Shown here: piece by piece, positions 38,581-49,759 of the stretch
Numbering within the stretch: position 1 is the stretch's first letter
How the letters are laid out: every line of letters starts with the position of its first letter
NCBI GenBank assembly: GCA_048013815.1
Contig: CM106585.1
Coordinates: forward strand, 10,292,001 to 10,356,000
Source: Setoptus koraiensis
Lineage: Eukaryota > Animalia > Arthropoda
Direction of reading: 5' to 3'
DNA length: 64,000 nucleotides
The notes under the pieces: generated by a model
Seen by the model: only the letters and a program-made list of their open reading frames with translations
Databases searched by the model: none
Told to the model about the DNA's origin: nothing
Made by a program: the position numbers and the translations under genes

Positions 38581-39900
38581 TTTGTGTGTCCATACTCGGG
38601 CTCGGATTCGTCGCTGCTGCTTTCTATGTCGTCGTCTGATATGTGATCATCAGTCAATTCTAGAGTGTCACCAGATGTTGCATTCTTGATTTTTCTACTT
38701 TCATCGTATTCGATGAGATATTGCTGGAGATTCGGTCCCATTTCGATAGACAATTTCTTGATTATATTTTTCAAAGCTGTTGCTCCATCATTGAAGGTAG
38801 AAATGGCCAAGTAAGTTGCTGCTTCCAGTGTTTCTTTCCCGCTGAACGTCTGTTTGGGTGCGTATTTCCATGCTAAAGAATTCAACGATTCGTTACAATT
38901 CTGTGTAAATCCTCCTGTGCAATTTCTCAGAAGCGACTAGCTGCTAAATTTGTCAAACACCTCTTTGATTTTATCCCATACACATTGAGGGGGCGTTTTA
39001 GGATGATTGCAATTTGTTTGTTGAGCTATCGCCCTGTTGTAGGAGCACCAAGATGTGACACCGGTCGGACAAAGATGGTGTTTCGGATTTTCATCTGTGG
39101 ATGATTTGTGAAGAATTATCCTATCTATGTCAGACTTCATTTGCTCCACTGAATCGGGATTCGATCGTATCGCATGGCCACAGAAAGATGTCAACTCCAC
39201 AATAAGACGCTCAGTCAATCTTCCCTTTCCTTTGATTCCTTTCCCATCGGCCAATTTACCAGCTGCTCCTTTTGTTTTGTGTAATCTGCGTAGCCAAGAA
39301 CCCATACGTTTGGCAACGTGATTCAAGCATTCTTTCTTTCTAACTTCAAGTCCATCGTACGGGTTTGATTCGACCAATTGCTTGAATGATTTAGTGTCGC
39401 TGTCCCCAATGTAAATACCATAGCGAACATCGTGTAATTCTTCTGACCGGTGAAACATCTCGACGATAGCTCGGGGCTCCATGCTTCCTGCAGATCCGTT
39501 ATGATTAGCTTTACATTTCTCTTTGTGTTCCATTTGCCATACTTCAAAATCAGACTCATTCATGTGCTTTCCGTAGTAAGAACACTTCCGACAGAACGAA
39601 TTCTCGATAGAAACATCCACGATCTTCCTCGATTTATTCCCGCAAAGCGTAACGATTCCTTGGAGAGAAGAAAATCCACGCTTTCTCCATGAACCATCGC
39701 CGGATACTGCGACGATTGAATTTGCGGTCAAATCCTTCTTTTCTTGGATTGCATTTCTCATGGATATCTTTGCTACTTCTTCTGTTGCATCAACTAACTT
39801 CTGGGTATGCTCTAAATAGCTCTTTGCATTGATGGGCCTAGGTAAATCCAACATTCCACAGAACGTCTCCAATCCTTTATGTCCGTGACCAAGAAGCCGG
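38580..39900 (-). pseudogene. Mutator-like (possibly Kolobok-type) DDE transposase, central and C-terminal part, one in-frame TAG at 38937-38939
   Basis: VSGDGSWRKRGFSSLQG, HNGSAGSME..MFHRS, YIGDSDTK, KKECLNHVAKRMG, GKGRLT, HHLCPTG..SWC, TQNCNESLN..W...PK. Confidence 0.85.
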
Positions 39901-39901
39901 G

Positions 39902-40781
39902 TATTCTATACAAGAGCGCCACACTCCGATTCCAATGAAACTCAACACACGGGGCCCGCAGGGCCCGACAACAATAAATTCGAAGGTCCGGAAGTGCGGA
40001 AACTTCCGGTTCTGGTTTCAAGAAAAATCAAAGATATAAGCTTGAAACTCAGTATACAGCCTGCTCAGAGCATGTCAAAAACTAAAGTGTCAATTTCAGA
40101 TCTGAACGACTTCCGGTTCTTATAATACTGCCGTTACTCTTTTGGAAGAGGCATTTTCACATGTGTTTGGGGGAGTTGACAGGGAACATTCTGATCTTCC
40201 ACTTTTGTTCGTGTATGGATTGCAGTCATGTGAGCGGAGGGTAGAGGGCGTAGCCCGATACCCGAAGCGCTCATCAACCCTACTCGTAGGGTTCCCGTCG
40301 CACGCAGTCGTCGCGGGAGCGACGACGGAGATGTGACGGCCTCCAAAATACGAGGCCGCAGGCCGAGTTTTCAGATCAAACGCAGACTCATCGCCCAGCG
40401 ATGCAAAGCTCAAATCTGCAAAAGTAAGCTTGTCTGCAGAGGCCCCATCTCTTTTGGTCGCCGTAAATGTTTGTTTCCTACGCCCTGGCACGGACCACTT
40501 TTGCTTGATCTCGGGGTCACTATCTTCACCACAAAAAGTACCCATACTGGGTCGCAATGAGTTGCTCCACCCTGGAACACCCATGCTACCCCAAAAAAAT
40601 GCCCCGAAAAACGCTCGCGGTCGTTGGGTATTGAGAAACGCCCACTAAGCGGTACCTCGGTTATCTCGGGAACGAGGAATTTCCGCACTTCCGGAATACT
40701 CAATCTGGTATCAAGGTACAATACCCCAGCTGAAAATACCCAAAAATCCCCGAAAAAAGTGTGGCGCTCTTGTATAGAATA
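39902..40781. mobile_element. Non-autonomous TIR element, 880 bp including terminal TA
   Basis: Perfect 24 bp inverted termini TATTCTATACAAGAGCGCCACACT; inverted subterminal CCGGAAGTGCGGAA / TTCCGCACTTCCGG; no recognisable ORF. Confidence 0.8.
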
Positions 40782-42625
40782 ACCAAGTTTTCCTGTTGTC
40801 AACTGTCCCGACATATACGCATGGGTCGGCCTTAGTTGGCGATAAGCCTATGTCCGATAGGATCTTATCGAACTTTCCATTCCAGCAGTTTGGGCTTTGT
40901 TTAAGGCCGTATAGGCCTTTGTGCAATCTAAGTACTTTCCCTGGTGGGCAGGCTATACCGTCCGGCGGAGTCAAGTAGAGCTCTTCTTTCAGCTTGCCGT
41001 GCAAAAAGGCAGTTTCTATATCGAACTGCAACATGGTTAGTTTTTCCTGTATAACGATCGAGAGGAAGACTCTGATAGAGTCAGGCTTGGCGACAGGCGC
41101 GTACATGTCGTCGTAATCTACACCCTCTACTCGATTGTATCCGCGGGCGTAGAGTCTGGCCTTAAATCGATCGATTTGGCCATTTGGTAGAACTTTGACT
41201 TTGAAGACCCAGCGGGCTGTTAGCGGTTTTTTTCCACTTGGTAGTTGTGCATGTGACCAGACTTTGTTATCTATTAGTGATTTGATTTCACGCCTAATGG
41301 CGTCCGACCATTGTTTCCCATTCTTGCTCTTTATTGCAGTATTGTAATTGGAAGGCTCCAAGTGAGCACAAAAGTTAAAGAATCCGCTGATTCCACCCCT
41401 AGACTCTTTTACAATATGGTTGTGTCCGCTGAATTGCGAGTTTTGAGCCACGAAATTTTCCCTAGTCTGGATCAGATTGGATGATTTTTTGACTATTATT
41501 CATCTCGGACGTGTCAAGGACTTTCGATATGGTTGTTTCGTCTTCTACGAACGTGACCGGTTGTTCGTGTTGTAGCTCGTCAGTGATGGAAATTAAATTT
41601 GACATGTCTTGGGGTGCTGTTGAATGCTGGGTGATAGGTATGGGCGATGGTAGAGATGGTTGTGGCGATTCGTGTTGTTCGCGTAGGTCATCTTGATTTC
41701 CTGATCTGAAGGTCGTTTGCAGCAGTGTCTCGCTGGTATCTTGTAAGTTAGTGTCCGTTTCGTTGACGATTTCGGAGCGATGTGGGACGAATGCTACGCA
41801 ACAGCTCGTGACTATTTTGTTGTACGAGGGTATGTAGCATCGGTATGTATTAGTTCTGTCTGTATAGCCTACGAGGTAGGCATCCACTGTTTTTGGATCA
41901 AATTTGCTACGAGCAACAGTCTCTAAAACTTGGATTTGGCGTCCGAAGTGGTGGATGTGTCCCACATTCGGTTTTCGGTTAAACCATTTTTCGAAAGGGG
42001 ATTTGTCTCGTTGGGTGAACGAAGTCGATCTGTTTAACACGTAGATGGCGGTGATGGTCGCTTCGGCTCATAGTGTGGGAGGAAGCTTCGATGCGTTGAG
42101 GGCTGTCCTGGCGCTCTCCAGGACGGTCCTGTTCGACCGCTCAGCTAGGCCGTTTTGCTGCGGCGTGTACGGTGTGCTGAGGTCGAGGGTGGCATGTTCA
42201 GAGGTGAGCGTGGCGCTTCGTCTTCCTTTTCGTCTAGCAAGTCGTTCCACGCTCGTGCCTGGACTACCATTTGTTCGTTATCTTGACTTATTTCTGGAAT
42301 CTCTAAGTAGTCAGCTTCCTTGTAGATGACGTATTGCAGTTTTCTGGTGCGAATGAGTCGCGTCATGTGGAACTTCCACTCGGGATAATTGTCGCCATTG
42401 AGCTTGGTGACATTATTGATGGTAGTTCTTGAGGTTTCGCCACGGATGGCCACTGCCATTGTCTTCGGGATTTTCCGCTTGGTGGTTGTCTTTTTTTTTT
42501 GAATATATGAACTCTCGCTACAGGCAATTTTTGGCTGTTAACCTGTTGATGTGAACACGCGCTCACAATCCTTTGTTGTGATGTACACACCTGATGCGTC
42601 ATCGCCATTGTCTGTGAACATCACA
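40782..42625 (-). mobile_element. Decayed, internally deleted Ty1/copia retrotransposon (gag fragment, integrase C-part, RT)
   Basis: KLNGDNYPEWKFHM (gag); TPYTPQQNGLAERSNRTV (IN); ARWVFKVK..RFKARLYARG, QFDIETAFLHG, GLYGLKQSP (RVT_2); LTR-end-like TCAACA|GGTTA at ~42544; stops and frameshift. Confidence 0.9.
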
Positions 42626-42706
42626 CCGATTGAACACGCGCTCAAAACAGTCATTCGATACATCTCATTCAAACGAAGCGGATCAAATCAACAAAATTAT
42701 CCAAAT

Positions 42707-42950
42707 ATGCCGAGAAATTATAAAAGAAAGAAGATACCTTTTAGGGGCAACCAATATACCAGAAAGAAATATATTGTTATGGACCAGAAGCTGCTGCAGC
42801 GAATATGTTACGATGTCCCAGTTGAGAATAACATGTCGAAATCGAAGTAAGCGATGTCATTGAACTATCTTGCAACATCCAGCTAAAATGTGCTGATTGT
42901 GGTTGCATCGGTAAGATCTATTCATCAACAAATATGAATTCTTTCTGCAA
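42707..42950 (+). pseudogene. Degenerate N-terminus of a Mutator-like transposase
   Basis: MPRNYKRKKIPFRGNQYT start and later LKCADCGC..IYSS, typical of the N-terminal part of the family at 38580-39900. Confidence 0.45.
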
Positions 42951-43245
42951 TCAAATGAAGATTATTAGATCGACTAGGCGCCATTAGTAATCGCACATCC
43001 GGGATTGTATTCTGTGCAGATAAATTTTGCACAGAAATTATTTCAAATCTACCGCGATCTGCTAGGAAAACAGCTTGTATCTTGTGAACTAAGAGTGATA
43101 GTGTGCTGAAACCAGCTTAATTCGATGTAAAATTAAATTCTCTATCCAAATAAAGCAACTTCAAAAAATACAGGGTGCACCAAAAACTGAGCCTACCTTA
43201 GCCCCTTAAAGGAAGGGTGATTTTCTCCCAGCGCGGGAGATCGAT

Positions 43246-43260
43246 CTCCCCCCATCACTA
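43246..43260. mobile_element. Isolated hAT-family terminus CTCCCCCCATCACTA
   Basis: Exact reverse complement of TAGTGATGGGGGGAG at 45491-45505. Confidence 0.55.
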
Positions 43261-44198
43261 CGCTAACAAGAAGTTTTGAGAACGGCGCCCCCTCACTGCG
43301 CACTGGAGGGGGGGGGGACGCGCATAATGCTTCCAATGTGCACCGATGTTTTAAGAAATATCCAACAGAGGCGCTGCTCAGAATTCGTCCAACGAAGAAT
43401 GGAGTGCAGCGCTGCCCTCGCGGAGCTTTTGTAAACTAATCTAAGTGCACCAGAAAAACATATGCTTGCTTAAATCGCACAATTCGTGCAAAAGCAAGAT
43501 TTTGAGCTTGTTTAGCGCCACAGTACAACACAGGCACACAATACTACTTTTCACTATCTGTGCTTCTGTGATGAGCAAGTGTTTCTGTGCATACGCCACT
43601 TGATCCTCACACCCTATAGTACTGCCCCTTTCATTTGCACAGTGTTGATCATGTTAATAGCATTGTAACAGATAAGTATGCATTTTTGAAACTCAAATCT
43701 TCTATTCGAAGAATTGTCGTTCGAAGAACTGTCGATAGAAGAATAGTCATTCGAAGAATTGTCACCGACCCGCCAGCGAGTGTTGCAATCATTGAAATGT
43801 CAAGAGAATATTGCAACCACCGAATGGGTGCGGGATGGTTGCTATCATTGAAAGTTCAGTCGCATGTTGTGATATAATACTACCTCGTGTTCTTCAATAT
43901 GACTGCCGTCTCTTCTTGTATCGGTGCCCAGTTAAGCTAGAAGTTAAACTTTATTCTGAGAATAAAGTGGATCTTTTACTACATAACATATCGTATAAAT
44001 CGTATTAAATAAAACATTATAGCCCACCAGTTTCTGTGGTTGTTCACACTCCTCATCATCTTCCTGGGATTCACTTGGAGTGTTAGACTGAGACTCAATC
44101 GATAATACTGTCGCTAGTTCAGCTCCCCTTGAATTTGTCAGCTCATTCTCTCCCTTTCTCGCTTCTTCTGTTAGTGATTGTAATGTGTGGCTATAATA

Positions 44199-44329
44199 AG
44201 GACTTGTACTTGCTAGGATTCGAACCTAGACACTTGAATATACGTTTCAATGCTCTGCCAGTTAGGCTACAAGTCGGTTCCTTTATCACTGTAGACTATG
44301 TCCCTTATATGCATACCCTGTCCGTTACA
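44199..44329 (-). mobile_element. Solo LTR of the tRNA-bearing TRIM
   Basis: Same sequence as 49379-49509, same outer flanks as the complete element at 49379-49812. Confidence 0.8.
44205..44276 (-). tRNA. tRNA-like sequence (GTA at anticodon position, Tyr-like), probably a TE-borne pseudo-tRNA
   Basis: A box TAGCCTAACTGG, B box GGTTCGAATCC, anticodon stem TTGAA/TTCAA with 7 nt loop ACGTATA, T stem CTAGG/CCTAG; only 5 of 7 acceptor pairs and non-canonical loop bases. Confidence 0.7.
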
Positions 44330-45292
44330 CACACATAACATTGCAATTCAGAAAAAGTGAGAAAGGGCGCATCGCACGAACCCATTGATTCGAGCCAGCG
44401 CGACCGTATATGCTAGCCATGTATCGGCTTCGGGCTGGCTTCGTATCGGCTCCGAAAGAGCCTTTCACATAAATATGTTAGTATATAAACTTGTGCGCTT
44501 GTATGCAGCATGGGCTGGCCAGATTTGCGAGAGCTGATTATGCGCGCATGAGTGACGCATTAGTCACAAGAGGAACGATGATCGCCAAAAGTTTGCAAAG
44601 TTTGAGCCCGATTCAAAAGCAACGACGAGGCCCGACAGATCAGACGAGATGTATCGCGCGATATCCACACGTAAACTGCGGCCAAACTGTGATTTCGTTC
44701 ATTACTGGCCAGCGGTGGGATCATTTGCGATGTCTGGCGATGCCCGGCGATGCTGCCGGCGCTGATGAGCAACGGGCAACATTAATTGTTCAAACTATCA
44801 AATTACTAATCATGGCCGCCGCCTCAGTCGTCATCTCAGTCGTCATCTCGGTCGCCGTCTCAGCGAGCATCAGCGGTCGTGGATTGTGATTCATAGTGAC
44901 CACTAGTGACTCACCGGCACATATCGGCTGCACAAGGTTGCAGGCAACATCACGTTGCGTCGTGAACTCTCTCAATATATCGACGCTTCGTCAACGCACC
45001 AAACAACAACAACAACAACACTCGAAACTTTTATCCGAGCAACACTCGACTTACCTGTCGACTTTGTTACACACTCGGCGCACTCACAAACAGAGGACAG
45101 CAAATTGAGTGAGACGAGCTTAAACGGCACCTGAGCTGTCGAAATTTCATAAAATCTCAAACTTTTTGTGTGATGCTGCCAGATCGAAGCCGCTGCCGCC
45201 GCCGCCGCTGCTGCGATCCAATCCGATCCGATCGAAACATAAACATATGCGATACGTATGAGATACGTATGAGATACGTATAAGATGGTATT

Positions 45293-45640
45293 GGTTATTG
45301 TCCACCTGTTAACTGTGGGCGCGTCGTGTTTGTTGTTGTCGTCAGTTGATTGTTTGTCGGGCTCGTTGTCGTCGCGCTGTCGTCTAGCTGGCCGCTTCCA
45401 GTCCGCTGTGGGCCGCTCACCGGAGAGGGTCGCGTTGCGCAACCGCCAATCAATTTCGGTCGCCGCGAATTTCGAACCTAGAATGGTGATTAGTGATGGG
45501 GGGAGCTAGAAAACCGTTGCTCCCCGATTTGCTCCCTCCTCCCGCTCCCGGTCCAGCTCCCCGTGGGGAGGAGGGAGCAAGATTCGGGAGCTGTAGCTCT
45601 CCGCGGGGAGGAGGGAACAGCCCTCCTACCCCTAGTTTAG
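45293..45640 (+). repeat. Second copy of segment E followed by a variant hAT-MITE left end
   Basis: Identity to 32471-32720, then GGGGAG-rich sequence related to 32983-33028 in reverse orientation. Confidence 0.85.
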
Positions 45641-45686
45641 TGAGTAAGTAAAGTGCAAGTTTATTTGTGAATATCAGTTTTATATA

Positions 45687-45908
45687 AAGGGTGGTCGCAA
45701 AATACTTTACTTTTGAACTGAAAAGGCTACGCTAGCTTCCACAGTGCATTTTTCGTGCAGCTGATTTCGACTTTCTGTGCAATTCTCATCGAGGACAACC
45801 GAAGATAAGGCGACACAATGTCGGCACAGTGAGCACACGAAAAATACAATGTGGAGGCGCTAGCGTAGCCTTTTTAGTTTACAAGTAAAGTATTTTGCGA
45901 CCACCCTT
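45687..45908. mobile_element. Tc1/mariner-type MITE, 222 bp
   Basis: TA TSDs; perfect 24 bp TIR AAGGGTGGTCGCAAAATACTTTAC extending imperfectly to ~55 bp. Confidence 0.9.
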
Positions 45909-45929
45909 TACATGGGGTGTACAGAGAAG

Positions 45930-46721
45930 TGATCATGCACAGAAAATGGAGATGCCCGTTTCCGTTTTGTGTGCGAGTTCCTCAATCTTGGAATTTATTT
46001 TGTTGCCGGCTTTGTGGAGCTCCATGCTGTAGTTCACCACTCGGTCTCGGTTTGGACGATTTGGACTTTCTGCTTCATGAAGGTTCCCTTCGTTATCTTT
46101 TGACAGTCCTCTGGCACAAATAAATCTTTTATGTTTGAAGACCGTAGATGAGTGCAGTCTACACCAACAATTAAGCTGTTAATAATCTCATCATTTGAGA
46201 CTGGATGCATACAACCTGAGCTTTTATTTTGCATCATGTACTCAGGTCCGCGATACCTGAAAGTACATACCTTGTAGTCATGGATTGCTGTATAAAAGAA
46301 CGGTTTTGCTCTGTAGATTGTAACGAGATGATCTATCTTAGGCAAGGTTAATTAGATATATAGGTGATTGTCTCGCATAACTATCTTAAGTATTTTAGAG
46401 TGGCGCAAGGTAGCCTCGTTAGTTAGGTGCGCAAGATTGAAGATCTCTAATAGAATAGTTGGCACTTCACTGTTTGTTGTCAGTTTCCCTTTCAGTTGGA
46501 GCAGGCGTAGTTTATACTCATGAATAGCTATGAGAGCTTGATGCAAGGCGTCTTGCAGTTGTGGTTGCGCTGCAATTATATGACCTACTTTTTCTATTCG
46601 GTCCTCTAGTTTATCTAATTTAGCCGATATGCGCTCATTGGCGAGAAGTAACTTACGTTGTATAGTGCCGACATTGTCGTTCATCTTCGTTACCAATTCA
46701 TTGCGAACTCTGTTCTTCATT
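45930..46721 (-). pseudogene. env-like fusion glycoprotein remnant, C-proximal part
   Basis: Heptad-rich NELVTKMNDNVGTIQRKLLLANERISAKLDKLEDRIE, then across an in-frame TAA (46352-54) LTLPKIDHLVTIYRAKPFF and Cys-spaced region. Confidence 0.45.
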
Positions 46722-46722
46722 C

Positions 46723-47469
46723 GGGTACTCTGTTTGGCATATTTGTTTGTCCAAGCTTGCAACTTGAAAGCGAGGTCGAACGGAACCCGGCCAGATCGAG
46801 GGCCCCGCCCACTCGACCCCCAGCCCACGGGAAACAATCCTTTCCCGGGATGCGGGACGGCCCGTAGGGCCGTCACGAGGCAGGCCGTCAATCGTCCCGC
46901 CGTCGGCCTTCGGCCGACGGCGTGGAAGGTAGGCCGGCCTATGCGGGTGGGCCGAAGGCCCACCCGCACATCGTGGTACTTCCTGAGGGGCGCGGCCCCG
47001 AAGTGCGTGCTCAGAATCCCGTCGATGATCCAGCGCCTCTATGATTGATCAACCGTAAAAATATGGGGGTATACCCTTTATTGATTATTGTTCTTCATCA
47101 GATCTATTAGTGCCACGAACGGGTCAATTCCTGTGCGTATACATTGGCAGCGCAACATGTATTCGGTCATGTGCTGGCTAATGTCGTCGATCTTGATCCC
47201 GCCTGAACTGAATTTCCGCCGAAGTTCCCTCCAGGCTGATTCGATCCTCTGGGTATGCGTCCCGTCATCGGCTACGAACTCATGTTTGTGGCACACGGTC
47301 TTGTGGGTGTAGCCGTGAGTACTCAGGACTTGATAGGCACGCCACTCAGCGGTGTGAATCTCCGTGGGCTGGGGGTCGAGTGGGCGGGGCCCGCGATCGG
47401 GCCGGGTTCCGTTCGACCTCGCTTTCAAGTTGCAAGCTTGGACAAACAAATATGCCAAATAGAGTACCC
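46723..47469 (-). mobile_element. Internally deleted Merlin (IS1595/ISXO2-like) element, 747 bp
   Basis: 108 bp TIRs (46723-46830, 47362-47469; 3 mismatches) starting GGGTAC; transposase C-terminus IHTAEWRAY..GYTHKTVCH..FV..DGTHTQRIESAW..HMTEYM at 47078-47361. Confidence 0.85.
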
Positions 47470-47762
47470 GATTCGCGTTGATTCTCGGACCGGAAGTGCT
47501 AGATATGGAAAACAACGAATGTCTCGAGATCGGGTTGTTAAATTTTGTTTTTTTCTGCTGTCATCACAGAGAGTAAATTGTAAGCTGTGTGATCATACCA
47601 AAATTCATGGTCTAGAACTTCTGTGAGGCCGATAAAACTGATTTTTCGATATCTCCGGAAGTAAAAATTTCCGCACTTCCGGACTATCATATTTGTATTT
47701 GGGAGCCCCTTCGGGGCCCCTTTGTGAAGTTTCGTTGGAATCGGGCTTGGTACGTGTTAGAT
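47470..47762. mobile_element. Terminal fragment of an element related to 39902-40781
   Basis: TTTCCGCACTTCCGGAC...GGGCCCC...AGTTTC.TTGGAATCGG...TAGATA parallels the reverse complement of 39902-40010. Confidence 0.65.
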
Positions 47763-48210
47763 ACAACACCCGCTCCTCCTTTTCCATGTCCTCTACTTTG
47801 ACTGTTGCTGCAATACTTGTAAAGATGCTGGTAACTGCCACAACAGTGGCAAACGAGAGGCCGCCATCTCTGGCAATCCGAGTATTGTCGCTGGCGATCT
47901 TCTTCCAGTTGTCTATAACATCCACCTTGAATCGTTGCGAGCATGCTTGCATTAGCTTGTTGTCCAAATTGTTCAATCCGGTAAGATTCATGGACACATA
48001 TTGACATTGATCAATGAGCTCAACTCTGACATGTTCGTCAATTTGTCCACTGATGTAATATGTGTCCTCCTTCATCCAGATGATAGGGTCATCTACATCA
48101 AACACGTGTCAATCCATTTGTGCAATTAGGGTTGTGATAATACATACCAATGCAATAAAAGTCATGTTCAGTTTGCCTAACATGGCAATCCTGAGTTGGT
48201 CTAGTTCCAT
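47763..48210 (-). pseudogene. env-like fusion glycoprotein remnant, N-terminal part
   Basis: Signal-like MTFIALVCIITTLIAQ, in-frame TGA 48109-48111, N-glycosylation sequon NLT, RIAR followed by hydrophobic GGLSFATVVAVTSIFTSIAATV. Confidence 0.45.
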
Positions 48211-49384
48211 GTGACGTAGACAGGACGGCAAATTGCAGGTTTTGCATGTTGGTGTCCAATTCTTTAACTCTTTATTTTTGGGGTACTATGTACTTTTTCG
48301 TTATATATTCAATCTCGAACTTTGGCTTTTAACCTTTTGTAGTTTTATATAGCGTGTAGCTAGTTTTATTGAATATATATGAATGTAAGTATAAGTTGGA
48401 GTGAATATATATGATCATTGTGCATTTGTATATATAGTTGCACAGTTAGTTATTAAAACGGCACAGTAAAGTATAATGCAGGCACAAGGTGAATCCTGCT
48501 CACATGTCAGATTGTGAACGTGTTTTGTTGGTTTTATTCAGTTGGTTGTTCTTTGCTGGTGAACTTTCTAAACGCGAATGATTGACGAATCGATTGGATC
48601 AACGAAAACAGATTATTGGGAGAATGGACACAACTTGTTTACATGTGAAAAGAAAAACAGTTTTCAACATGCTTCGATGATGTGATTGGTCAGACAGCGA
48701 CTTGTCTAACTAACTATCACTCGTGTTTTATTACTATCTTAAGACATAATAATTGACGCTAACTACTTGTGTCGCTTCTCTCAACCTGACCCTTTCATTC
48801 GCACAGTGTTGATCAGGTTAATAGCATTGTAACAGATAAGTATGCATTTTTGAAACTCAAATCTTCTATTCGAAGAATTGTCGTTCGAAGAACTGTCGTT
48901 CGAAGAACTGTCGATAGAAGAATAGTCATTCGAAGAATTGTCACCGACCCGCCAGCGAGTGTTGCAATCATTGAAATGTCAAGAGAATATTGCAACCACC
49001 GAATGGGTGCGGGATGGTTGCTATCATTGAAAGTTCATTCGCATGTTGTGATATAATACTACCTCGTGTTCTTCAATATGACTGCCGTCTCTTCTTGTAT
49101 CGGTGCCCAGTTAAGCTAGAAGTTAAACTTTATTCTGAGAATAAAGTGGATCTTTTACTACATAACATATCGTATAAATCGTATTAAATAAAACATTATA
49201 GCCCACCAGTTTCTGTGGTTGTTCACACTCCTCATCATCTTCCTGGGATTCACTTGGAGTGTTAGACTGAGACTCAATCGATAATACTGTCGCTAGTTCA
49301 GCTCTCCTTGAATTTGTCAGCTCATTCTCTCCCTTTTCTCGCTTCTTCTGTTAGTGATTGTAATGTGTGGCTATAATAAGGACT

Positions 49385-49456
49385 TGTACTTGCTAGGATT
49401 CGAACCTAGACACTTGAATATACGTTTCAATGCTCTGCCAGTTAGGCTACAAGTCG
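49385..49456 (-). tRNA. tRNA-like cassette in 3' LTR
   Basis: Same A/B boxes and stems as 44205-44276. Confidence 0.7.
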
Positions 49457-49687
49457 GTTCCTTTATCAGTGTAGACTATGTCCCTTATATGCATACCCTG
49501 TCCGTTACATCCCCCCGCTTTAAATATTGTCGTCCTCGACAATTACATTATACCCCCACAGACTTAGGGTAGTTGGCGACCACAGAAACCAACTTTTATT
49601 CTTTTTTAGAGTTCTAGGGCAGAACCTCCATGTAATGAACGGACAAACGAGGGTATCTCGGGGTAGTTCTATATCTGAAAAAGTACT

Positions 49688-49759
49688 TGTACTTGCCAGG
49701 ATTCGAACCTAGACACTTGAATATACGTTTCAATGCTCTGCCAGTTAAGCTACAAGTCG
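49688..49759 (-). tRNA. tRNA-like cassette in 5' LTR, followed by T5
   Basis: A box TAGCTTAACTGG, B box GGTTCGAATCC, TTTTT (49682-49678) a few bases downstream. Confidence 0.7.

Larger units (their letters stand above)
43622..45290 (+). repeat. Composite repeat copy 2 (A-soloLTR-B-C-D)
   Basis: Matches 48773-50790; B joins C directly through CGCG microhomology. Confidence 0.95.

Noticed and set aside
32668-43260. One 10.6 kb hAT element from 32668 to the terminus at 43260
   Set aside because: Flanking 8-mers do not match (ATGGTGAT vs CGCTAACA); the 33080 end has the matching TSD
43168-43620. Tc1-like element between TACAGGGTG and CACCCTATA
   Set aside because: Only 6 bp of terminal complementarity
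44205-44276. Functional tRNA-Tyr gene
   Set aside because: Anticodon loop lacks U33 and purine 37, acceptor stem incomplete, located inside an LTR; kept only as tRNA-like
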